Assembly: GCA_947574085.1 (NCBI GenBank)
Contig: CANPIH010000001.1
Coordinates: 1 to 51,553, forward strand
Direction of reading: 5' to 3'
Origin: an uncultured Mycoplasmatota bacterium
GTDB taxonomy: Bacteria; Bacillota_I; Bacilli_A; RF39; UBA660
Length of the DNA: 51,553 nucleotides
Made by a program: the position numbers and the translations under genes. The notes under the pieces are model-generated. The model did not search any database. It was given only the letters and a program-made list of their open reading frames with translations, and was not told the DNA's origin. Shown one piece after another: positions 17,684-26,199 of the stretch (position 1 is the first letter of the stretch; every line of letters begins with the position of its first letter).

Positions 17684-19873
17684 TTAATCGTCATCCCCAA
17701 AAAAATCATCAAAAAATTCATCATCGGTAATAATTGCATCATCTACAATTACACTATCTACATCAATATTAATTTTGGGTTGATCTGGAAGTTTATCTTT
17801 TTTTTCTTTTTTGGGTTGCCTTTTTATAGATGTTTTCTCAGTATTTATTTCCTCTACCTTTGGAATAGCAGAGTTTTGTTTTCTTACTTCTTCTTTTTGC
17901 GTATTTTCCATTACTTCTTTTTTAGGTAATGATTCCATTTCTTTCTTCTGTCTTGCTTCTTCTTCGTCTAATTCTTTTAGTTTTTTATCAATATCTGCAA
18001 TCATACGGTCAATTTCTTCATTAGACGTAGGAGCATTTTTTAAAAAAGGATTTGGAAGTCCCATTCCAGGAAAAGCATTCATAGTAGGCATTCCACTTGG
18101 TTCTATAAAATTAGGCATTCCCATGGCTAAATTTTCTTTATTTTTATCTAAATTTTCAAGCATTGCTTTTCTTTTTTCTTCTGAAACGTATTTTTTAATA
18201 TCAAACAAAGCTATTGCCATTTCTTTTCTAGTAGGCAATTCGGCTTTCTGACGATTAATTCCCCAGTCCATTTTAAAATCTGGTTCTAACTTAGTTTTAA
18301 ATGGATATTTTCTCAAGCGCATAATTATAGCTTCAAATAATTTTAATTTCTGCAAATCTGTCACTGTAACTAATGGAGTGGATGCAGTTTTATCTTTTTC
18401 TTTAGATTTCACATCTCCACACATTTTACTAATTTCTTCTAAAGCAGCCATTTCGGTACTGATCAAATACACCCAATTACCACAATTTCCTTTTATTACT
18501 TCCGCTACTTCTTTTCCATATACATCATTTAATTGAGCAAAATTTTGAATAATAAAAGTAAATCTAATATCACGACTTCGAGCTGCTGAAACCATACTAT
18601 CGACATCCTTTAAAGGAGGCATATTAGCAAATTCATCTAAAATAAAATTAGTACGAAAAGGAAGTTTTCCACCAGTTTCTTTTGCTACGTCTATTAAAGT
18701 TTCATAGCATTGTTTAATAAAAATAGTAAGTAAACTATGATAAGTCGTTTTTTCATCATGAATAATCATAAATACTGCTGTTTTTTCTTTCCCAATATCG
18801 CGCATATTGAAATCACTATGAGAAAGCATTTCACTTAATTTTTCACGGGAAGCAAAAATACGTATTTTTTGTCTAAAAGTAGAAGTAATACCACCTTGCG
18901 TATCTTTCGGAGCATTAATGGTATTTGAAGCAAATATGTATGGACTAGAAGCCTCTCCTTTTAGCAAAAAATATTCCTTAATATAAGTACTTGTAGCAAA
19001 TCTCTCTTCCCCAATACTGCTCATAAAATTGATAGAATTTAAATTAATTTCCTCTTCTTTGGCATCCATAAATAATCCGAGTGCAAGGCCAGAAAAATAA
19101 TCCGCTGCACTATTTTCCCAAAATGGTTCACTTTTATTATTTGGATCGCGAATAATATTTAAACCAACGTCATCCAAAAGCTCAGTAGATTTATCTATAT
19201 TTCCATCTTTATAGTAACGATAAGGCAAAGTTAAAGGATTCCAAGCATTTCCTCTTTGTGGGTCTCTAAAATTCAAAACAATAATTTTATATCCCTGTTT
19301 TTTTAAATAATCCGCACTATATTCATAAATCTCACCTTTAGGATCCGTAATAATCATACTTTCACCCTTTTTAGCAAGTAAATTTACCATTGGTTTTACC
19401 AAACATTCGGTTTTACCAGATCCAGTAGACCCAATAACCAAATTGTGATATTCTCCATTATCAACCCATATATCCTTACCATTATTGATAAGAGGCATCC
19501 CAGCAGCACTAACTTTACGAGCGGTTGGAAGAACATGTTCAATATTTTTATCTTCTTTAATTTCTTTATCTCTACTCCATCTAGAGTATCCCTTCTCTTC
19601 TTTTTCTTTTATGTTAAGACCAAATCCATGTTTTTCACGATCAAAAATATAAGAGGATACAGATGTAAAAATAATAATAAGAGCAATAAAAAACATTAGC
19701 ATGGTAAGAACTAAATTATCCCCTACGAAGGCTGGAAAAGGATTCAAGCCATAAAATTCACCATCATTAAAAAAGGAAGTAAAATTAAGTACTGCTATAG
19801 CACACAAGTACAATAAAAATATACAAAATATGATAAACATTGTAAAATCTTTTGGGGTTACTCTAAATTTCAT
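17684..19873 (-). CDS. Type IV coupling protein (VirD4/TraG family) with a long low-complexity acidic C-terminal tail
   Basis: Two N-terminal TM segments. Walker A IGSTGSGKTE, TDPKGEI, Walker B ILDEFANMP, RSRDIRFTFIIQNFAQL. Start set at the ATG at 19873 (RBS GGAGGA). Confidence 0.9.
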   Translation of the reverse strand: MKFRVTPKDFTMFIIFCIFLLYLCAIAVLNFTSFFNDGEFYGLNPFPAFVGDNLVLTMLMFFIALIIIFTSVSSYIFDREKHGFGLNIKEKEEKGYSRWSRDKEIKEDKNIEHVLPTARKVSAAGMPLINNGKDIWVDNGEYHNLVIGSTGSGKTECLVKPMVNLLAKKGESMIITDPKGEIYEYSADYLKKQGYKIIVLNFRDPQRGNAWNPLTLPYRYYKDGNIDKSTELLDDVGLNIIRDPNNKSEPFWENSAADYFSGLALGLFMDAKEEEINLNSINFMSSIGEERFATSTYIKEYFLLKGEASSPYIFASNTINAPKDTQGGITSTFRQKIRIFASREKLSEMLSHSDFNMRDIGKEKTAVFMIIHDEKTTYHSLLTIFIKQCYETLIDVAKETGGKLPFRTNFILDEFANMPPLKDVDSMVSAARSRDIRFTFIIQNFAQLNDVYGKEVAEVIKGNCGNWVYLISTEMAALEEISKMCGDVKSKEKDKTASTPLVTVTDLQKLKLFEAIIMRLRKYPFKTKLEPDFKMDWGINRQKAELPTRKEMAIALFDIKKYVSEEKRKAMLENLDKNKENLAMGMPNFIEPSGMPTMNAFPGMGLPNPFLKNAPTSNEEIDRMIADIDKKLKELDEEEARQKKEMESLPKKEVMENTQKEEVRKQNSAIPKVEEINTEKTSIKRQPKKEKKDKLPDQPKINIDVDSVIVDDAIITDDEFFDDFFGDDD

Positions 19874-19988
19874 AATACATTCCTCCAACTTATATGTAAA
19901 ATAATTTGTTTTTAAATTTCCATTTTATTTTACTATATAATTTATTTTTTCGCAATTGAATTATTTTCATAAATGGCTTAAATTAAAA

Positions 19989-20774
19989 TTAGTTATTTTT
20001 TACAATATTTACCATTTTGTTATTATTTATTTGATATATATATGTAGAAGATTTTCCAACTTCACTAAAATACCCCTTTAAAAGAATAAAATAATCATTT
20101 TTATTATTAAAAATATTAATTATTCCTTTGGCTTGGTATATAGGAACTTCAATACTGTCCTTCGTATTGTAAATGTCTATATGTAAAACGGAAGTTTTTT
20201 TATTTACAACTGAAATAACAATAGAAAATAATTTCTCATCATTCGAAACATCACTGGCGTTAGAAGCAAATAGAATTTTTTCCTTTTTTCCATCTTTATT
20301 AAAATCGTGTTCTACTACTTCATTTTGTTCTAAAAAAGAATAGCCTGCAACTCCATTTTCAGCTAAATATTTTTCTAATATTAAAATTTCTTCATCATTC
20401 ATTTCACGCTTATCAAAATTAATAACGTTCAAATCTATTTCTTCACTTCCAGCAATATAATTATCAGAAATATTTATCCAGTTATTGTTTTGATCAAAAA
20501 AATTCCATTTGCTAATATACTTTAATTTAAAAATACCAAGATTTTCTCCATATTGAAATACTTGAAAATCACTTTTAGCATTGTTTATGACAAGGCTTTT
20601 ATCTATATTTTTACATCCTTTTTTATTGCATTGATAACTAGAAACATTTGACAATAATAAATAGCCTTGTTTTTGAACTTTATTCACTATATAAACAACC
20701 ATTACTCCCAATACAATTAAAACAAGTATAACCCAAAAAGAAGGAACTTTCACAATTTTTTTTAAGCTTTCCAT
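19989..20774 (-). CDS. Membrane-anchored extracytoplasmic protein of the T4SS module (VirB8-like role possible, unproven)
   Basis: Start at the ATG at 20774 (RBS AAGGAG). A single N-terminal TM (VPSFWVILVLIVLGVMVVYIV) is followed by a soluble domain. Confidence 0.45.
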   Translation of the reverse strand: MESLKKIVKVPSFWVILVLIVLGVMVVYIVNKVQKQGYLLLSNVSSYQCNKKGCKNIDKSLVINNAKSDFQVFQYGENLGIFKLKYISKWNFFDQNNNWINISDNYIAGSEEIDLNVINFDKREMNDEEILILEKYLAENGVAGYSFLEQNEVVEHDFNKDGKKEKILFASNASDVSNDEKLFSIVISVVNKKTSVLHIDIYNTKDSIEVPIYQAKGIINIFNNKNDYFILLKGYFSEVGKSSTYIYQINNNKMVNIVKNN

Positions 20775-20784
20775 AGTATTCTCC

Positions 20785-22956
20785 TTAATATCTATAAACA
20801 ACTATTTGATCCAAATCATTTACATTATAGGAATTAACACTTCCTGAAGCTGGATCATATACAGTAAAGTTCTGACCAACAATCTGTTTTAAAACCACGT
20901 AATGACCTCTTGGATGAGCATCATTTTTAAAATGTAGTAAAATACTCGTACGATCACTCATATTGTCTTGAACTTTATCTAATTTTTCTACCGCATTCCC
21001 TGAAAATTTTTCAGATTTAACAAAATTAAAGGAAGGAGCAAAAAAGCGAATGGCATTATTATTCCAATAAATATTTGCACCATCAAAACCTCCAGTTGCG
21101 TTCATTTTTTCAACCAACATTCCAGGATTAAAATTTGCCACATTATTTATAATAGTTCCAGAACAAGACATAGCAATAGCAACGGAAGTAACAGCACAGC
21201 CAGAACGACTCATAGTAGTAGAAGAAGTTCCAAGTTTAATACTTCCCCATCTTGGATCTCCCTGTTTATAAATGGTACAATTACCAGAACCTGGTTCTCC
21301 TATTCCAGAAGATGGTGTACAAACATCAGCATCCAAACCAAATATTTTTTTTCGACTACTTATCATGGATTGTAATTGATAAACCAAATAAGCGTATTTA
21401 TCTTCTTCAGTAGTGGGAACACAATCGTCTCCACCAGCAACTGTACAAGTTTTTCCAGACGCACAAGCATCCTTTACTCGTTCTGGTATATTATCATCAT
21501 AAATAGCACTTGCATATACGCAACCACCTATCTTCCAATCGCCAGGATTATACCAATAATCACCTAAATAAGCATATTCACCCATAAAATCCGTTATAGA
21601 GCTAAACTTTGATGCAAAACTTAAGAATCCTGCAACACCTTCTGCTAGACTATTATAAGATTTACATGCTGACAAACCACCTGTATTTGTACAGCCTAGA
21701 CCCCAATAATTATTCCTTGATGCACCCGGTGAATATCCTTCCACATCGGCTCTTACAAAAACCAATTCGGGATTGATGCCATTGGAAGAAGCCATATCGT
21801 AAATCATTTCAGCATTATCACCAAGAATTTTAGCCCCCCCTCCATGACTATTTCCATAATTCTTAGCAAGACGAATAAAAACTTCTCTAGGTAATTTTGT
21901 GTTGTGTAACGAAATGGGACTACAATTTAAATTGGGTTCTTCACTAAAAGCAGTGTAAATTGTATAATACTCAATATCTCTTCCAAAATAATACTCAAGT
22001 GTACGATAAAGCTCAAATTGTGTATCTATTTGTTCCAATAAATATTTTGAACCATATATACTCATGGCAGTTAATTTTAAAGTAAATGGTAACCATGACT
22101 TAGGAATATCTTTCCCTTTTGCTTTTTCAATTTCTTCTACCCAATCCATAGGAATAACTTGTTGCTCTTCTTCATTTTCATGTACCATATGATAAAAATA
22201 TTTAGAATTTGCAGATATATATTCATCTTTTACTTTTTCTTTGTAACTAAATGCAGAATACAAAGCGGAAATAATTTTACGATCTTTTCCAATTATCATT
22301 CCTTTAGTACTTCGTACCGCATCGTTAATTTCACTATATTTTTCTTCATCACCAGTTAACTCTGTAAAACTAGAAGCTTGTTCATCATATTCTTTTAATA
22401 CAATACAATTTGTTGCCATATTAGCAATTAAACGACTTCTCGCTACAATAGACATCATTTCATAAACCACTTGGTTTTCCACATCTCCAGCGTTGTAATT
22501 ATCTGTCCAGACGATTCCTGCAATATAGGTGTCATAATCGTATTCTTTGTATTCAAAACGTTCTGTATCAGAAATAGTAACCAAATATGGATCTGTAATG
22601 GGCTTATAATCTAAATCGTTTTTATACTTTTGTGTATAACTTTCTTTTTCCCAAACTAAAATCACTTTATCACATGGTGTTTCATAATAGTCTGGATTGA
22701 TATTTCCTATCCCAAAAAAATCAAATTTAATCACTATTAAAATGAAAACAAATAAAAGAATACCTCCTAAAATAATCCAAAATATAGGACTTGTAACAAT
22801 AGTAATAAAACCCTTTACTAACAATCTTTTTGTTGCTTCTTTTATTGCCAAAGATGCTGGATTTACTCCATTATTTTCTAAATCAGAAGAAGCCGATTCT
22901 TCAATCGGCTCATGATTTGTATTTTGTTCTTGTAATTCTTCTTCATTGAAATCCAT
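20785..22956 (-). CDS. Membrane-anchored multidomain peptidoglycan hydrolase (SpoIID-like + glucosaminidase/muramidase-like + C39-like/CHAP-type Cys peptidase)
   Basis: TM at about aa 50-80. SpoIID-like YIAGIVWTDN..VVYEMMSIVARS. INPELVFVRADVEGYSPG..NNYWGLGC resembles the glucosaminidase family. The C-terminal GDPRWGS..MSRSGCAVTSVAIAM and GHYVVL resemble Cys/His peptidase motifs. Position and architecture resemble CwlT/TcpG/PrgK-type conjugation hydrolases. Confidence 0.7.
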   Translation of the reverse strand: MDFNEEELQEQNTNHEPIEESASSDLENNGVNPASLAIKEATKRLLVKGFITIVTSPIFWIILGGILLFVFILIVIKFDFFGIGNINPDYYETPCDKVILVWEKESYTQKYKNDLDYKPITDPYLVTISDTERFEYKEYDYDTYIAGIVWTDNYNAGDVENQVVYEMMSIVARSRLIANMATNCIVLKEYDEQASSFTELTGDEEKYSEINDAVRSTKGMIIGKDRKIISALYSAFSYKEKVKDEYISANSKYFYHMVHENEEEQQVIPMDWVEEIEKAKGKDIPKSWLPFTLKLTAMSIYGSKYLLEQIDTQFELYRTLEYYFGRDIEYYTIYTAFSEEPNLNCSPISLHNTKLPREVFIRLAKNYGNSHGGGAKILGDNAEMIYDMASSNGINPELVFVRADVEGYSPGASRNNYWGLGCTNTGGLSACKSYNSLAEGVAGFLSFASKFSSITDFMGEYAYLGDYWYNPGDWKIGGCVYASAIYDDNIPERVKDACASGKTCTVAGGDDCVPTTEEDKYAYLVYQLQSMISSRKKIFGLDADVCTPSSGIGEPGSGNCTIYKQGDPRWGSIKLGTSSTTMSRSGCAVTSVAIAMSCSGTIINNVANFNPGMLVEKMNATGGFDGANIYWNNNAIRFFAPSFNFVKSEKFSGNAVEKLDKVQDNMSDRTSILLHFKNDAHPRGHYVVLKQIVGQNFTVYDPASGSVNSYNVNDLDQIVVYRY

Positions 22957-22977
22957 ACAATTCACCTACTTAATTTG

Positions 22978-24762
22978 TTATAGACCTCCACCTGATCCAA
23001 AAGAATCTAATTCTTCTTGTGTAACTATAACATTAATACGCATTCTTCTATTACCACAAATAAATAGTGCTTCCCCTTGATTGTAATACTTGATGCTTTC
23101 TATTTCTGCATCATTTAAATCTATTAATTTTGATAAATCCTCTGTAGCTTGTTTACGGAGACCCATAATCAAATAATAAGAGGCATTATCAAAAATAGCT
23201 TTTCCATGAACCAAAACATTTGGTGCCGCAAAGTCAGTTGGCTGTTGAGTAATAATAATGGTTCCAGTGTTGTATTTACGACTACGTCTTTGAATTTGGG
23301 CTAAGAATTCAGCACCTAATTCATTACGAGTTGATAACAGTACATGTGCTTCATCCACACACATTACAGTATCCAATTCTTTGTCCAAACATAAACCCCA
23401 AGCGTATTTTAAAATATTAAAGAATAAAGCATTTTTAATATTTTCATCACTATTCATAAGCTCACGAATATTAAATACAATAAAATCACTTTCAATGTGT
23501 AAAGTTGTATGCCCAGTGAAATAATATTTTAATTCTTTTACAAGTGGTCTTACCTTTAATTCTAAACGCTCCATAACATCTTTTTCATGTGTTTTATCTG
23601 GCATGGACAAAAGTCTACCTTTAATAGTCGCATATACATCATCAAACGTTGGATAATCTTCACTATTTAGTTTAGTATAATCTGTATCGTAATCAATTTT
23701 ATAACGTTTATAAGTATCTTGAACAACTTCACTAAACATCGTTAATACATCTTCTTCAATTGAAGGAGAATAATATTTCATAAATGCTTTTAGTTGTTGT
23801 AATGTTCGAGTAAGAACAGTGTAACCTAATCCTTGTTCTATTTCTTCTTCATCAGCATCGACAACAATTTCTAAGGGATTGATCATACCAAACTCCCCAC
23901 CTTTTCCAAGGTCTAAAAAATCTCCACCAATGCTTCTAGTCATTTCAGCAAGTTCTCCTTCTGGATCAATACAAACAACTTTGTACCCATTTCTTAAATG
24001 ACCTCGAATTAATAGCTTTGCTGCTGTAGACTTACCACTACCGCTTGTTCCTAAAATAATCATATTGGCATTGTTACGATTGTTTTCTTTTTTTATCTTA
24101 TACAAAAATTGATTAAATAAAACAACACCACCAGAGAAATCCACACCAAATAAAATACTATTTCCAGGGTCTTTTACGCTATCAAAAATAAAAGGATACA
24201 TAGCAGCAACAGTCACAGATGGAATTGGTGTTCCTACTCGATTTTCTACATCTTGTTTTGGAAAAATAGGCAAAATTGATTTCAGCACTTTTTCTTGTTC
24301 AAACATCAATGGTATTCCACGCATTCCCATACCTTCCAAAAAGTTACGAACTTGCATTTTCTTCATTTCCAATTCTTCTTTATTATTTGCAGAAATAAAT
24401 AAATGCATTTGAAAATCAAAAATTCTTGCTTGAGTTGCTGCAAGCATTTGAATGAATTGTTCTAAAGATTCGTAATCTTGACGTATTCTTTCTTGAAAAG
24501 TTTTATCATTTTCTGTTTGATATCTTTGTTTTAAATCCGCTATTTCTTTATTTAGCATTCTTTGTAATGTAGAAAAAGCAATTGGAATATGTTTAATAGC
24601 AACTTTTACACCTGATATATTTGTAATATTTGCTAAGTAACCTTCTGCAATATATTTTGGAAAAGTAACTATAGTTAAAATGGTACAATACCTTCCACTG
24701 ATTACCATTTCTGTAGGTTTAAATTCAATCCCCTTTGGGGCTAATTGAGCTTTTATATTCAT
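22978..24762 (-). CDS. VirB4-family T4SS ATPase, C-terminal (ATPase) part
   Basis: Walker A ILGTSGSGKST, Walker B VMCVDEAHVLL, RRSRKYNTGTIIITQQPTDF. Only 594 aa; the N-terminal domain is encoded by the upstream ORF. Confidence 0.9.
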   Translation of the reverse strand: MNIKAQLAPKGIEFKPTEMVISGRYCTILTIVTFPKYIAEGYLANITNISGVKVAIKHIPIAFSTLQRMLNKEIADLKQRYQTENDKTFQERIRQDYESLEQFIQMLAATQARIFDFQMHLFISANNKEELEMKKMQVRNFLEGMGMRGIPLMFEQEKVLKSILPIFPKQDVENRVGTPIPSVTVAAMYPFIFDSVKDPGNSILFGVDFSGGVVLFNQFLYKIKKENNRNNANMIILGTSGSGKSTAAKLLIRGHLRNGYKVVCIDPEGELAEMTRSIGGDFLDLGKGGEFGMINPLEIVVDADEEEIEQGLGYTVLTRTLQQLKAFMKYYSPSIEEDVLTMFSEVVQDTYKRYKIDYDTDYTKLNSEDYPTFDDVYATIKGRLLSMPDKTHEKDVMERLELKVRPLVKELKYYFTGHTTLHIESDFIVFNIRELMNSDENIKNALFFNILKYAWGLCLDKELDTVMCVDEAHVLLSTRNELGAEFLAQIQRRSRKYNTGTIIITQQPTDFAAPNVLVHGKAIFDNASYYLIMGLRKQATEDLSKLIDLNDAEIESIKYYNQGEALFICGNRRMRINVIVTQEELDSFGSGGGL

Positions 24763-25316
24763 TCTGGCATCACCGTTCCTAACGTAGTAGCTTGTCCTCC
24801 ATTGAAGAAATTATCAATTAGCATTCTTAAGTCATTATTAGAAACTTGAGAAGAATTAAGCTTGCATGTTGATAAATTATTAATTAAATTATGAATACGT
24901 TTTTGAACAATTTCCAATTTTTTCTCTTTAAACAATATAAAATACTCGGTATCCACCACATTGTATTCTTGACTCATAAACATATTAGCTTTATTGATAT
25001 CTTGCATAATTAGTTTTCTTATAGCAGAACTATTTGAATTGTTATATAAAACTTGCAAGTGTGATAAATGAACATTTATATCTACTGGGCGATCAGCGAC
25101 AATCAGCCAAAATTCATAATCCATTGTATTATAAAAATTTCTTAAATTATAAATAACATTGTTTTGTGTGTCTTGATCCAAAATAAAAATGTTTTTAGGA
25201 GCAACTTTTACACCTGTAACGTATTCTCCTGAATCCAATTGAATCATTCCATTCATAATTTGCTTAATTGGCACCCAATCCTCTGTAAATTTACTTGTTA
25301 CTTTACTCTTTGCCAT
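24759..25316 (-). CDS. VirB4 N-terminal-domain protein (separate ORF, ATGA overlap with the ATPase part)
   Basis: FTEDWVPIKQIMNGMIQLDSGEYVTGVKVAPKNIFILD resembles the N-terminus of Gram-positive VirB4 proteins. The stop TGA overlaps the next ATG (24759-24762). Start placed at the ATG at 25316, because the track start is a TTG. Confidence 0.6.
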   Translation of the reverse strand: MAKSKVTSKFTEDWVPIKQIMNGMIQLDSGEYVTGVKVAPKNIFILDQDTQNNVIYNLRNFYNTMDYEFWLIVADRPVDINVHLSHLQVLYNNSNSSAIRKLIMQDINKANMFMSQEYNVVDTEYFILFKEKKLEIVQKRIHNLINNLSTCKLNSSQVSNNDLRMLIDNFFNGGQATTLGTVMPE

Positions 25317-25617
25317 CGTTGATACACCAGCCTTTCCAATACAATCTTTTTCTACCAAATACAAATAGAAATATATTTGTCAATAATTGTAACACATTAT
25401 GATAATTTGGAACAGGCATAACTAAAAATGCAGACAACAAGGCTGGCGATAAAATTAATAGTAAAGTACCCATTTCCACTTTATTATTAAATAGAAACAA
25501 TAAAGATAATGTTACAGTACACCCTACCCCAAAGATAATTAAATCAATGGGTGTAAAAAACCCCAAGATTAACATTGATTTTTTTGAATTTGCTGGTATT
25601 AAATAATTATGATTCAT
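25303..25617 (-). CDS. PrgI/VirB3-like small membrane protein
   Basis: 104 aa with two TM segments, starting MNHNYLIPANSKKSMLILGFFTPIDLIIFGV. It sits immediately upstream of VirB4, as VirB3/PrgI genes do. Confidence 0.6.
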   Translation of the reverse strand: MNHNYLIPANSKKSMLILGFFTPIDLIIFGVGCTVTLSLLFLFNNKVEMGTLLLILSPALLSAFLVMPVPNYHNVLQLLTNIFLFVFGRKRLYWKGWCINDGKE

Positions 25618-25648
25618 CCCTTTTCATCCTCCTTTTATATTTTATATT

Positions 25649-26191
25649 TTATCTTTTTTCAGGAAAATTTCCTAAATAAGAAATTAAAATTTGATTCCTT
25701 CTAGCAATTTCATCTTTCAAAATATCTATTTTCTCAATTGTCCAATCTTTTTTTACAAAATTATACAAGTTTTTAAATACTACTAAATGAGCATTTTTAA
25801 GAATAATTGCATTTAGCAGTACAACATGCTTTTGAATATCTTGTATATCTACAAGTTTCAATATTTGATTTTTAACATAATGAAGAATTTTTTCATATTC
25901 TTCATCCAATCTTCTAATTTCATTTTTTATCTTCTTTTTTTCATTTTCATTCTCTTCATGGACCATTAGTTTTAATTTTACTTTCTTAAAATCATTTAGA
26001 GATTTTAAACTCATACTTAAATCTCCAAATATTTCTGGAAATTCATAAAATATATCTTGTTGAGAAAAAACATTTAATAAATCTTCAATAATATTTATTT
26101 CATGAATGGCTTCTTCATAGGCTTTTTTTTCATTTCTATAATCGGAGCTGTTATTTGTCGTCCAATCTATGATTTTATCCCAAAATTTCAT
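25649..26191 (-). CDS. Hypothetical cytoplasmic coiled-coil protein
   Basis: 180 aa, K/E-rich heptad-like sequence, no TM segment. Confidence 0.45.
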   Translation of the reverse strand: MKFWDKIIDWTTNNSSDYRNEKKAYEEAIHEINIIEDLLNVFSQQDIFYEFPEIFGDLSMSLKSLNDFKKVKLKLMVHEENENEKKKIKNEIRRLDEEYEKILHYVKNQILKLVDIQDIQKHVVLLNAIILKNAHLVVFKNLYNFVKKDWTIEKIDILKDEIARRNQILISYLGNFPEKR

Positions 26192-26199
26192 AATCCTAC

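Noticed and set aside
17811-18251. 146-aa + strand ORF inside the coupling-protein gene. The same applies to 377..586, 897..1106, 10336..10593, 13749..14156, 15472..15789, 48109..48465 and 49606..50055
   Set aside because: All lie antisense to well-supported genes. They have Ser/Phe/Ile/Leu-rich composition typical of AT-rich shadow frames and lack an RBS.
24759-24762. TGA stop codons checked as possible Trp codons (genetic code 4), given the low GC content
   Set aside because: Very long ORFs (1282, 991 and 986 aa) are intact under the standard code and Trp is encoded by TGG throughout. Reading TGA as Trp here would add only two codons. Code 11 fits.
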